NCBI GenBank assembly: GCA_038065475.1
Contig: JBBTQY010000010.1
Coordinates: forward strand, 3,531-67,530
Origin: Patescibacteria group bacterium
GTDB taxonomy: Bacteria; Patescibacteriota; Minisyncoccia; Ryanbacterales; GWA2-47-10b
Direction of reading: 5' to 3'
Length of the DNA: 64,000 nucleotides
The translations under genes were made by a program, and so were the position numbers. Every line of letters begins with the position of its first letter. Position 1 is the first letter of the stretch. Shown here piece by piece: positions 10,286 through 18,059 of this stretch. The notes below the pieces were generated by a model. It was not told the origin of the DNA. It did not search any database and saw only the letters and a program-made list of their open reading frames with translations.

Positions 10286-11008
10286 CTACTTGGTGGCGGC
10301 ACCCCACATTCCCTCGTTGTACCGGATCTGGTGTCGTGCCCGGTAGTCGCCCGGCAGGAAGGCCACGGGATTGACCGTGTGGACCACGTTGCCGAACTCG
10401 TCCCGCGGATTCGCGTACACGTGAGTGTGGGTGAATCCGTTGGACTCGATTTCCTCCTGGTAGATCTGCCAGGGGAGGCGACGGTACCGCTGGTTGTACA
10501 ACGCTTCCGCGACGTAGGTACTCCACGCCTCGTCGTCGGGGCTGTCCACGAAGAGCACCCTGAGATGTCGACGCCGCTTGGGATCCGTCTCCTTCTCCTG
10601 CCGGTAGCAGGTCAGGAGATCGAAGCCCGCACGGCGGAGCTCAGCGGCGAGCCCCTTGATGCTCGCCTGCGCGAGACCGCCGACGCCGAAGACCTTGCAG
10701 CCCTGATCCTGTTCGGACCCGCGCTGCTCCGTCTTGGCGCCGATGCGTCCGCCGTACTCGCGTCGTGCAGCCTGGATGGCGCGTTGACTTGCCGCGGTCA
10801 GTACATGCAGGGGGATGCCCTCTCCCGCGAACTTGCAGTCGAGCTCCGGGGTCAGCGGAAGGTTGAGCCACACGCCATCGGCGGGCGGCGCCTTCTCGGC
10901 GCTCATTTCGTGCTCGCGGCACGGCATGAGGTTGCCGCAGCGCCCCATACCACCGAGTGCTGCTGCAGTGCATGCGTAGGCGTAGCCGTAGGTTCTATTC
11001 GTCGTCAC
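10286..11008 (-). CDS. Hypothetical protein (240 aa), GC-rich accessory gene
   Basis: GTG start with GAGGAGG SD, consensus promoter upstream, terminator downstream. Confidence 0.75.
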   Translation of the reverse strand: MTTNRTYGYAYACTAAALGGMGRCGNLMPCREHEMSAEKAPPADGVWLNLPLTPELDCKFAGEGIPLHVLTAASQRAIQAARREYGGRIGAKTEQRGSEQDQGCKVFGVGGLAQASIKGLAAELRRAGFDLLTCYRQEKETDPKRRRHLRVLFVDSPDDEAWSTYVAEALYNQRYRRLPWQIYQEEIESNGFTHTHVYANPRDEFGNVVHTVNPVAFLPGDYRARHQIRYNEGMWGAATK

Positions 11009-11096
11009 TATTCCTCCTCGCCCGGCTTTTTTACGGGCCCGTCTAGATTGAAGGGTTTGTTGGGTGAATTTTTATGGAGAACAAATGCTACTGGTG

Positions 11097-11125
11097 ATTA
11101 TACTATATATAGTAATATTTGTCAA
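11097..11125 (-). promoter_or_regulatory. Perfect consensus sigma70 promoter
   Basis: Minus strand TTGACA-17nt-TATAAT. Confidence 0.85.
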
Positions 11126-11194
11126 TATTCTGGCAAAAAGTCATTATATCCAAGCCTTGCGGGAGGGGGCGTTATTTTTTATACTAGGTCTACT

Positions 11195-13018
11195 ATGATG
11201 AAGCTTACAGCCAAACATATCTTGTACGGTTTTTTGATTTTGTTTTTTCTAGCCACTTTTTATTCAGCCCTTTCTGATTCTTTTCAGCCATCAAAAGAGC
11301 TTGCTCTCTCTGAGCTGGTAGGTAGGGTAAATGCAGGAGAGGTAGAGGAAATCGTCGTTGAGGGTAGCGCGCTCGATATCAAACTGCGTGATGGCTCACG
11401 GTTCACTTCCAAAAAAGAAGAGGGTTCTTCGCTTACCGATACTCTGATCAATTACGGCGTGCCAGCCTCACAGCTCTCGACCTTCAAGCACACAGAAAAA
11501 GATCCTTCTGGACTTTCTTTTTGGGCAGGTGCATTGTTGCCAACCATCATCTCGCTGGCATTTATCATCGGATTTATCTGGTTTATGTCGCGCCAAGTAC
11601 AGCGTTCAAGCGTGCAATCGCTCAGCTTTGGTCAATCGCGCGCACGCGTTATCGCGCCTGATAGTGATCGCAATCGCGTCACCTTCAAAGACGTAGCAGG
11701 TGTCGATGAGGCAAAAGAAGAACTCCGTGAGATTGTTGAATTTTTAAAGCATCCGAAAAAGTTTCTTGATATTGGTGCGCGTATCCCGCGCGGTGTTCTT
11801 TTGATGGGTGCACCAGGTACCGGCAAAACTTTGCTCGCCAAAGCGGTTGCAGGCGAGGCGGGCGTGCCATTTTTCCAAATGTCCGCATCGGAGTTTGTAG
11901 AAATGTTTGTCGGTGTGGGTGCTTCTCGCGTACGCGATCTTTTCAAGATGGCAAAGAAGGCGTCTCCCGCGATTATCTTTATCGACGAAGTTGATGCGAT
12001 AGGTCGCCACCGCGGAGCTGGTATGGGCGGAGGTCATGACGAGCGCGAACAAACGCTCAACCAGATTTTGGTAGAGATGGATGGTTTTGATACCTCTGAT
12101 CAGGTGATTGTGATGGCAGCGACCAACCGCCCCGATATTTTGGATCCCGCACTTTTGCGCCCGGGTCGTTTCGATCGTCGCGTTATCATTGATTTGCCTG
12201 ACATTAAGCAGCGTGAGGCGATTTTGATGATTCACTCAAAACTCAAGCCACTTGCCAAAGATGTTCGTCTCAAGCAAATTGCCGAGCGCACTCCGGGTTT
12301 CTCCGGCGCTGATTTGGAAAACTTGATAAATGAGGCGGCAATCTTGGCGGCACGTGCAGGTAAGCGCGAGATCAACGAGCTGGATATTCTCAAATCAATC
12401 GATAAGGTTATTTTGGGGCCTGAACGCAAAGGGCATATCATCAACAAAGAAGAAAAGAAAATTTCTGCATATCACGAAGCAGGTCACGCGTTGGTGGCGG
12501 CCTCACTCCCCAACGCTGATCCGGTACATAAAGTATCCGTTATATCCCGCGGGCGAGCACTTGGTTACACCCTCAAGCTTCCGGCTTTTGATAGACATCT
12601 TTACTCACGCGCGCATTTCTTAGATGAGATAGCAGTAGCACTTGGCGGGTATGCGGCCGAAAGTTTTATTTTTGGTGATATGACTACAGGAGCATCCGAT
12701 GATCTTCGCAAGGCGAGTGCAATCGCACGTGATATCGTACAGCGCTATGGCATGTCAAAAAACTTGGGACCAATCACATTTGGCGAGCACAACGAATTGG
12801 TCTTTTTGGGTAAAGAAATAGGCGTTGAGAAAAATTACTCTGAGGCCACAGCACAGAAGATTGACGAGGAGGTAAGCACTATCATGAAGGGCGCGCTCAT
12901 CAAGGCTCAGAAAATTTTGCGCGAGCGTAAATCAAAGCTCGAAGAGATAGCTCGCGTGCTCATCGAGAAAGAAACTATCGAGCGCGAAGAGTTTGCGCGA
13001 ATTGTCGGAACAGCATAA
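11195..13018 (+). CDS. ftsH: ATP-dependent zinc metalloprotease FtsH
   Basis: Two TM helices, Walker A GAPGTGKT, Walker [22 protein letters not shown]; true start at ATG 11195, not 10244. Confidence 0.97.
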   Translation: MMKLTAKHILYGFLILFFLATFYSALSDSFQPSKELALSELVGRVNAGEVEEIVVEGSALDIKLRDGSRFTSKKEEGSSLTDTLINYGVPASQLSTFKHTEKDPSGLSFWAGALLPTIISLAFIIGFIWFMSRQVQRSSVQSLSFGQSRARVIAPDSDRNRVTFKDVAGVDEAKEELREIVEFLKHPKKFLDIGARIPRGVLLMGAPGTGKTLLAKAVAGEAGVPFFQMSASEFVEMFVGVGASRVRDLFKMAKKASPAIIFIDEVDAIGRHRGAGMGGGHDEREQTLNQILVEMDGFDTSDQVIVMAATNRPDILDPALLRPGRFDRRVIIDLPDIKQREAILMIHSKLKPLAKDVRLKQIAERTPGFSGADLENLINEAAILAARAGKREINELDILKSIDKVILGPERKGHIINKEEKKISAYHEAGHALVAASLPNADPVHKVSVISRGRALGYTLKLPAFDRHLYSRAHFLDEIAVALGGYAAESFIFGDMTTGASDDLRKASAIARDIVQRYGMSKNLGPITFGEHNELVFLGKEIGVEKNYSEATAQKIDEEVSTIMKGALIKAQKILRERKSKLEEIARVLIEKETIEREEFARIVGTA

Positions 13019-13033
13019 GATAAGTCTGTTCTT

Positions 13034-13284
13034 GCGAGTGTAGCTCAACTGGTTAGAGCACCGAGCTTATACCTCGTGACATGCTGGGAGCATGTCACGC
13101 CCGAGCTATTCAAGTGATAACTTGAATTAATATCGCGAGGGTGCCTTGATGTCTGGTTCGCCCCACACGGTCGGCTTACTATCGGCCTGTAGCTCAACGG
13201 TAGAGCAGTCGTCTTATACACGACCGGTTGTAGGTTCGAATCCTACCAGGCCGACCGTACGGGGTGAAAGTCCAGGCACTCGCA
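13034..13284 (+). ncRNA. Interrupted tRNA-Ile(UAU)-like gene enclosing two insertions, one containing an intact tRNA
   Basis: Acceptor GCGAGTG(13034-40)/CACTCGC-A(13277-84), D-arm GCTC-AACTGGTTA-GAGC, anticodon arm CCGAG-CTTATAC-CTCG, T-stem TCTGG-TTCG(13152-60)...AGT-CCAGG(13269-76). Confidence 0.65.
13183..13254 (+). tRNA. tRNA-Ile(UAU)
   Basis: CGGCCTG/CAGGCCG-A acceptor, GTCGT-CTTATAC-ACGAC anticodon arm, GTAGG-TTCGAAT-CCTAC T-arm. Confidence 0.92.
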
Positions 13285-13294
13285 CAGTAAATAA

Positions 13295-14200
13295 ATGGAA
13301 GTTATTCCCATCGATACTCTTGCGGCGCAGAAGCTCGTTTTTGATTTGATGCGAGAGTTTGGCCGTACGCCCGAACACAATGCTGATTGGTTTTTGTCTG
13401 TTGCAAAGGGTGAGGGGCGCCCGCCGCTACTCTTGCGGCTTCCTGATGGTAGGTCAGCACTTGCCTATGATGACGGCAATGAATGGGGAATGCTTGAAGA
13501 ACCACTGGTGCCTACCGGAGATATTGCGCGTACGGTATGCGATATTGCCCGGGCAGTGCTTGGCAGTACATCAGTTGCGAAAATTGTCGTTGAACTTAAA
13601 ACGCCAGTACGAAAAGAAGTTTTGAGTATATTGCCCAAAACTCTCAAGGCACGAGCTATTAACTATACGATGACATGGCCGGTCTATGATATGCATGCAT
13701 TTGATTCCGAGATTCCTGGTGGGCACTGGAAAAGTATTCGCAATGCGCGCAATAAATTTTATCGCGAACATCAGGTTGAAGTACGCGACGTGCGAGAGGT
13801 ACATGCAAGTGAGCTACATGACTTGGTTGATCGGTGGAAGGAGGTGCGTGGCGCGCATGATCGGGCGTATGATGGCAGGTATCATGCGTGCATCGATAAT
13901 AATTTCGCGGGGTTTGATGGCGCGCGCGCAATGATTGTCGATGGCAGAGTTGCCGGTATCAATGGTGGATGGAAATTTCCGGGTAAACCCGACTATTATT
14001 ATGGTGCGGTAGGGCTTCATGATTACGCTTTTCAGGATATTGGCAGTATGCTGTATCTAGAAGATTTTATATGGATCAAAAATCAAGGATATGCGTACGC
14101 TGATATGGCGGGGGGAGAGAAAGAGCTCACCCATTTTAAAAATCAGTTTCAACCTGTATCGTGGTATAAAACGCATGTTTTCTCGATAGTGCGCGCCTAA
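13295..14200 (+). CDS. DUF2156 / aminoacyl-phosphatidylglycerol synthase C-terminal-like (GNAT-fold) protein
   Basis: G.hWKSIRNARNKF and ADMAGGE.EL..FKNQFQP resemble DUF2156 motifs. Confidence 0.6.
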   Translation: MEVIPIDTLAAQKLVFDLMREFGRTPEHNADWFLSVAKGEGRPPLLLRLPDGRSALAYDDGNEWGMLEEPLVPTGDIARTVCDIARAVLGSTSVAKIVVELKTPVRKEVLSILPKTLKARAINYTMTWPVYDMHAFDSEIPGGHWKSIRNARNKFYREHQVEVRDVREVHASELHDLVDRWKEVRGAHDRAYDGRYHACIDNNFAGFDGARAMIVDGRVAGINGGWKFPGKPDYYYGAVGLHDYAFQDIGSMLYLEDFIWIKNQGYAYADMAGGEKELTHFKNQFQPVSWYKTHVFSIVRA

Positions 14201-14204
14201 CTTT

Positions 14205-15752
14205 ATGAATAATGATATAAAAAAACAATATTTGCATGTAGGTCAGGCAAGCGACCTGCAGGGCAAAAACTACGTGCTCTATCGCGCGCTTGAAATGTTG
14301 CCGGCAGCACTCGCATGGGCGACAATTGTCGCGGCCTTTTTCTTTTCATGGTGGCGCCCTGTGTGGGTGGCGGTCTTTATCATCATCTTTGATCTTTTCT
14401 GGCTTATCAAAACAGTATTTCTTTCTTTTCATGTGCGTGCCAATTGGCATCGGTTGCAGCGGCATCTTGCTATCAACTGGGAAGAAAAACTTGCAGCACT
14501 CAAATGGAGTCACCTCTGGCAATTGGTAGTAGTGCCAAGTGCTGGTGAGTCGGCAGATGTTATCCGCGAATCACTCGATTCGATTGCCGCCTCACGTTGG
14601 CCGCGTGAGCGCATGATGGTGGTACTCGCACTCGAAGACAAGGGTGATCGCGCGCATACGATGGGTGAGGAGATGCAAAAACTGTATGCAGATACATTCG
14701 GTATTTTTTCGGTTACGTATCATCCCGAGGGGGTGCCCGGCGAGATGCGTGGCAAGGGTTCCAATGAAACCTACGCGATGCGCGAGGCGCAAAAGATCGT
14801 AGACCAGCGCGGCATTCCGTATGCCGATATTTTAGTCTCATCATTTGATGAAGATACCAAGCTTTATCCGCAATATTTTTTGTGTCTTGCGTGGCACTTT
14901 TTGACTGCCGAGCGCCCACACAGGTCAAGTTTTCAGCCGGTACCTTTGTATCACAACAATGTGTGGGAGGCGGGCGCGCTCTCGCGCGTGGTGGCGGCGT
15001 CCGGCACTTTTTGGCAGATGATGCAGCAAGAGCGCCCTGAGCGCCTGACAACATTTTCATCACACTCAATGAGTTTTTTGAGTCTAGTAGAAGTTGATTT
15101 TTGGCAGATTAATATTGTATCAGAAGATTCTCGTATCTTTTGGAATCACTTTTTTTGGTATGACGGCGATTGGCGCGCGGTACCACTCTCATACCCCGTG
15201 TCGCTCGATGCCAATGCAGCGCCAACACTTTGGCAGACGGCAAAAAATATTTATAAGCAACAGCGCCGATGGGGATGGGGGGTAGAAAATGTGCCGTATA
15301 TTCTTTTTAATTTTATCAAAAACAAAAAAATACCGCGCATGACCAAGCTGCGTTTTTCGTTTAACTTACTCGAAGGGTTTTGGTCATGGGCAACCAATGC
15401 GCTTATCATTTTTGCGCTCGGTTGGCTACCGCTCTATCTTGGGGGTAGAGCGTTCAATGATACTGTGCTTTCATTTAACCTGCCGCAGATGACGCGCCGC
15501 ATCATGACTTTGGCAATGTTTGGTATCATCACCTCGGCTGCTATCTCACAGGCAATGTTGCGCCGTACTAAAGATGATTATGCGGACCGGCGCCGCGCGC
15601 CACTGGTGCTTCATTGGCTGTTGATGCCGCTTTCAATTATCTTTTTTGGTGCGTTCCCAGGGCTGGAAGCTCAAACCCGCCTCGCACTCGGTGGCAAATG
15701 GCGCTTGGGCTTTTGGGTGACACCAAAATTTAGAGAAAGCGACAGAGGTTGA
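14205..15752 (+). CDS. Membrane glycosyltransferase family 2 (processive type)
   Basis: GKGSN, FDED (DxD), VSED, QQRRW (QxxRW), flanking TM helices. Confidence 0.85.
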   Translation: MNNDIKKQYLHVGQASDLQGKNYVLYRALEMLPAALAWATIVAAFFFSWWRPVWVAVFIIIFDLFWLIKTVFLSFHVRANWHRLQRHLAINWEEKLAALKWSHLWQLVVVPSAGESADVIRESLDSIAASRWPRERMMVVLALEDKGDRAHTMGEEMQKLYADTFGIFSVTYHPEGVPGEMRGKGSNETYAMREAQKIVDQRGIPYADILVSSFDEDTKLYPQYFLCLAWHFLTAERPHRSSFQPVPLYHNNVWEAGALSRVVAASGTFWQMMQQERPERLTTFSSHSMSFLSLVEVDFWQINIVSEDSRIFWNHFFWYDGDWRAVPLSYPVSLDANAAPTLWQTAKNIYKQQRRWGWGVENVPYILFNFIKNKKIPRMTKLRFSFNLLEGFWSWATNALIIFALGWLPLYLGGRAFNDTVLSFNLPQMTRRIMTLAMFGIITSAAISQAMLRRTKDDYADRRRAPLVLHWLLMPLSIIFFGAFPGLEAQTRLALGGKWRLGFWVTPKFRESDRG

Positions 15753-15795
15753 TTCTCCATTGTCGCTGGCGTGTCGAGTGTTTTATACTCAGAGC

Positions 15796-17604
15796 ATGTC
15801 TTTTGAGAAAGAAACTCCTCCAGAATCTGAAAATTCTTCTGAAAATATTGAACTTCCCGGTCCCCGTCTGCGGGGGATTTTTCGTTCATTAAAGCTTCTC
15901 GAAAAGGCAGACTTCGGAGAAGGAGAAGTTAGCTGGAGAGAGCTGTGGCAGCAGGTAAAGCCGTTTGAGAATGGTGTTGAGTTTTCAGATAATATACGCG
16001 AAGTTGTGCGCCAGTGGGTCGCTCAAAAAATTCCCACACTAAGAGAGAGCGTGAAATCTCTCGAAGATATCCCAGACGATGCTCTGGTCGATGCGCTCGG
16101 GCAAAATTGGTTTGAATCACTTGATGATGAAGAGAGGGGATTTGAAGTATCCGGTCAGCGGAGGGAGGTTTTGCTTACCGTTATGGCGGGTGTTGTAAGC
16201 CGGATTGAGGCAAGTATGACCAAGAGTATCATCAAGCACGCTTCACCTGAGGATTTAGAAAAATTAGGTCTTACCGAAAACCTAAGAGATCTTGCGTCAG
16301 ACGTACTCGAGGCCTCCATCAAAGCCAATCCCTTGTGGGTTCGGTTTCGAGCTTTCTCTCTACTGACGCCGAAGCCACCAGCGAATGAAGAAACGGGTAT
16401 CAAAGCAACGGGCGTCAAAATGTTCGTGCCCGGTGATCCAAACCCTCATACAATAGCAGAACTATTTCCGCATGAGACTCAAGCTATTGCCCAACGTTTT
16501 GCAGGCATCGTTGAGCGGGGAGGCCCGTGGCTTGAGCATCCCGGTGCTGATGCTTTCCAAAAATATGTTGAAGGCTTATTGGCTTTTTATGCAGAAAAAG
16601 ACCCCGATGTCGCGGAAGGACGTCTTCAGGGGTTGGAAAAACTTTATCTTGATGTTATCGCTTCTGGGTTTCCTATTCTTATTAACTCGGGACGCTTTGG
16701 CATGTATAAAGAGCCGTATTTGGATCCAGAATTGAAAATATCTCTCGTCACCCCTGATGCAAAAAACGAGCTTAGTTTTTTCGAGCAAGCAAAAAAAGCT
16801 ATGGCAGAGAGTTTTGACGATCTTAATCTTGGTGAGTTTCAAAAAGCGCTTCAAGAGCGTCCGGTGGCAAGCGGCGTTGTTGTCGGGAGTTTCGGCGTCA
16901 ATACGGTGTTCAGTGCAGTTGCACAGGAGCGTCCCGCTATCTTTCTTTTTTATGATAGACAGGTACAAGCGTATGATCGCAAGTTCCCCGCGCTCATGGA
17001 GCTTGCGGGGGATAGCGAAGTATTGTTTGAAGGTATGAATGAAGAAGAAAGGCGGGAAACTATGGAAAGAATGTCGCGCATGCTCACGATGCTTCATGAA
17101 TACGGACATGATGTTTTCCCGCACAAAACTGACGAAAGTGTTCTGACTCCTGCCTATGAGCGCTTTGATGGACATCTGGCAACTGTTATTGATGAGATTA
17201 AGGCTGAAAATTATTATCGTGCCCTTGTACCTAGTATCATCGAGCGAGGCGGCCTTGAGGGTACCAAAGAGCAATGGGCAACAGCAATGGTGATGAGTTC
17301 GCTACAGGTAGCAGGCGAGCAGCCAAACGGAAGTGAATATTATTATGCGGCCACCTATTCGCTCAATCGGCTTTTCCAAGAAGGCGTTGTTACGTTTTCA
17401 GAGGGTCAGGTGCATATTCACGATTTTGAGCGTTTATATCAAATAAATAAAGAAAACGCAGAAGCACTCTCGCGTATACACACCGATGAGAATATGACCA
17501 AGCGCAAGACTCAAACATGGATACGAGAAAACTGCAAAGCGTCGCCTGAGGTTACCGAAGTAGTGAGCTCTATAAAAAAGCTTTTAAAAGGTAAAGAAAA
17601 CTAA
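15796..17604 (+). CDS. Zinc metallopeptidase-like protein, distant M49 (dipeptidyl-peptidase III) type
   Basis: HEYGH followed about 22 aa later by DEIKAE (compare HExxH...EExKAD); TATACT 6 nt before ATG. Confidence 0.55.
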   Translation: MSFEKETPPESENSSENIELPGPRLRGIFRSLKLLEKADFGEGEVSWRELWQQVKPFENGVEFSDNIREVVRQWVAQKIPTLRESVKSLEDIPDDALVDALGQNWFESLDDEERGFEVSGQRREVLLTVMAGVVSRIEASMTKSIIKHASPEDLEKLGLTENLRDLASDVLEASIKANPLWVRFRAFSLLTPKPPANEETGIKATGVKMFVPGDPNPHTIAELFPHETQAIAQRFAGIVERGGPWLEHPGADAFQKYVEGLLAFYAEKDPDVAEGRLQGLEKLYLDVIASGFPILINSGRFGMYKEPYLDPELKISLVTPDAKNELSFFEQAKKAMAESFDDLNLGEFQKALQERPVASGVVVGSFGVNTVFSAVAQERPAIFLFYDRQVQAYDRKFPALMELAGDSEVLFEGMNEEERRETMERMSRMLTMLHEYGHDVFPHKTDESVLTPAYERFDGHLATVIDEIKAENYYRALVPSIIERGGLEGTKEQWATAMVMSSLQVAGEQPNGSEYYYAATYSLNRLFQEGVVTFSEGQVHIHDFERLYQINKENAEALSRIHTDENMTKRKTQTWIRENCKASPEVTEVVSSIKKLLKGKEN

Positions 17605-17608
17605 GCTA

Positions 17609-17678
17609 TTATTCAAAGTGATAATCGCTTTGCATTTTTGATACAGCCTCGGCAAGTGTAGGATGCAGAGCAAGCTCA
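17609..17678 (-). repeat. Diverged copy of the last 70 nt of recG
   Basis: 63/70 nt identical to 18060-18129. Confidence 0.95.
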
Positions 17679-17733
17679 AACCCGCCTCGCACTCGGTGGC
17701 AAATGGCGCTTGGGCTTTTGGGCGACACCAAAA
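17672..17733 (+). repeat. Copy of a 3' segment of the GT2 gene
   Basis: 61/62 nt identical to 15667-15728. Confidence 0.95.
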
Positions 17734-17773
17734 AGTCGATTAAAATAATATTTTCGTGTGTTATAATATGTGT

Positions 17774-18058
17774 ATGAAAATATTATTTGCTTTGGGTGCT
17801 CTTTTTTTGATCTTGGGTACTTTGATTTTAAATACACCTATTATTCCATGTTCGTCTGCCGAGTGTCATCAGTTTTTTGAAAAACTCATTTTCCTTTTCT
17901 TGTTTCCTGGAGCGTTTTTATTTAGTTTATCAGGGCTTATATTACGTCTTTTTAGACCAGAATGGAGTATATCGTTTGCCATTTATCTTCTAGTAGCAGT
18001 TTTGTTAGTTCTTTACTCGGGGTTCGGTGTGTCCACTATCCTCGTGGAACTTTACTAA
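17774..18058 (+). CDS. Small AT-rich membrane protein (3 TM)
   Basis: Three hydrophobic segments with a CSSAEC loop; TATAAT 6 nt before ATG. Confidence 0.65.
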   Translation: MKILFALGALFLILGTLILNTPIIPCSSAECHQFFEKLIFLFLFPGAFLFSLSGLILRLFRPEWSISFAIYLLVAVLLVLYSGFGVSTILVELY

Positions 18059-18059
18059 T

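Noticed and set aside
10244-11194. 317-aa N-terminal extension of FtsH in the ORF track (apparent fusion)
   Set aside because: It is the stop-free antisense frame of the GC-rich minus-strand gene 10286-11008, which has its own SD and consensus promoter; FtsH homology begins at ATG 11195.
13255-13284. CCGTACGGGGTGAAAGTCC as group II intron domain V or a riboswitch T-loop
   Set aside because: No catalytic triad stem, domain VI or other riboswitch elements; it is better explained as the 3' part of the outer tRNA.
13034-13284. tmRNA or RNase P RNA
   Set aside because: No G3:U70 alanyl acceptor or tag ORF and no RNase P conserved GAGGAAAGUCC core; a true anticodon arm is present.
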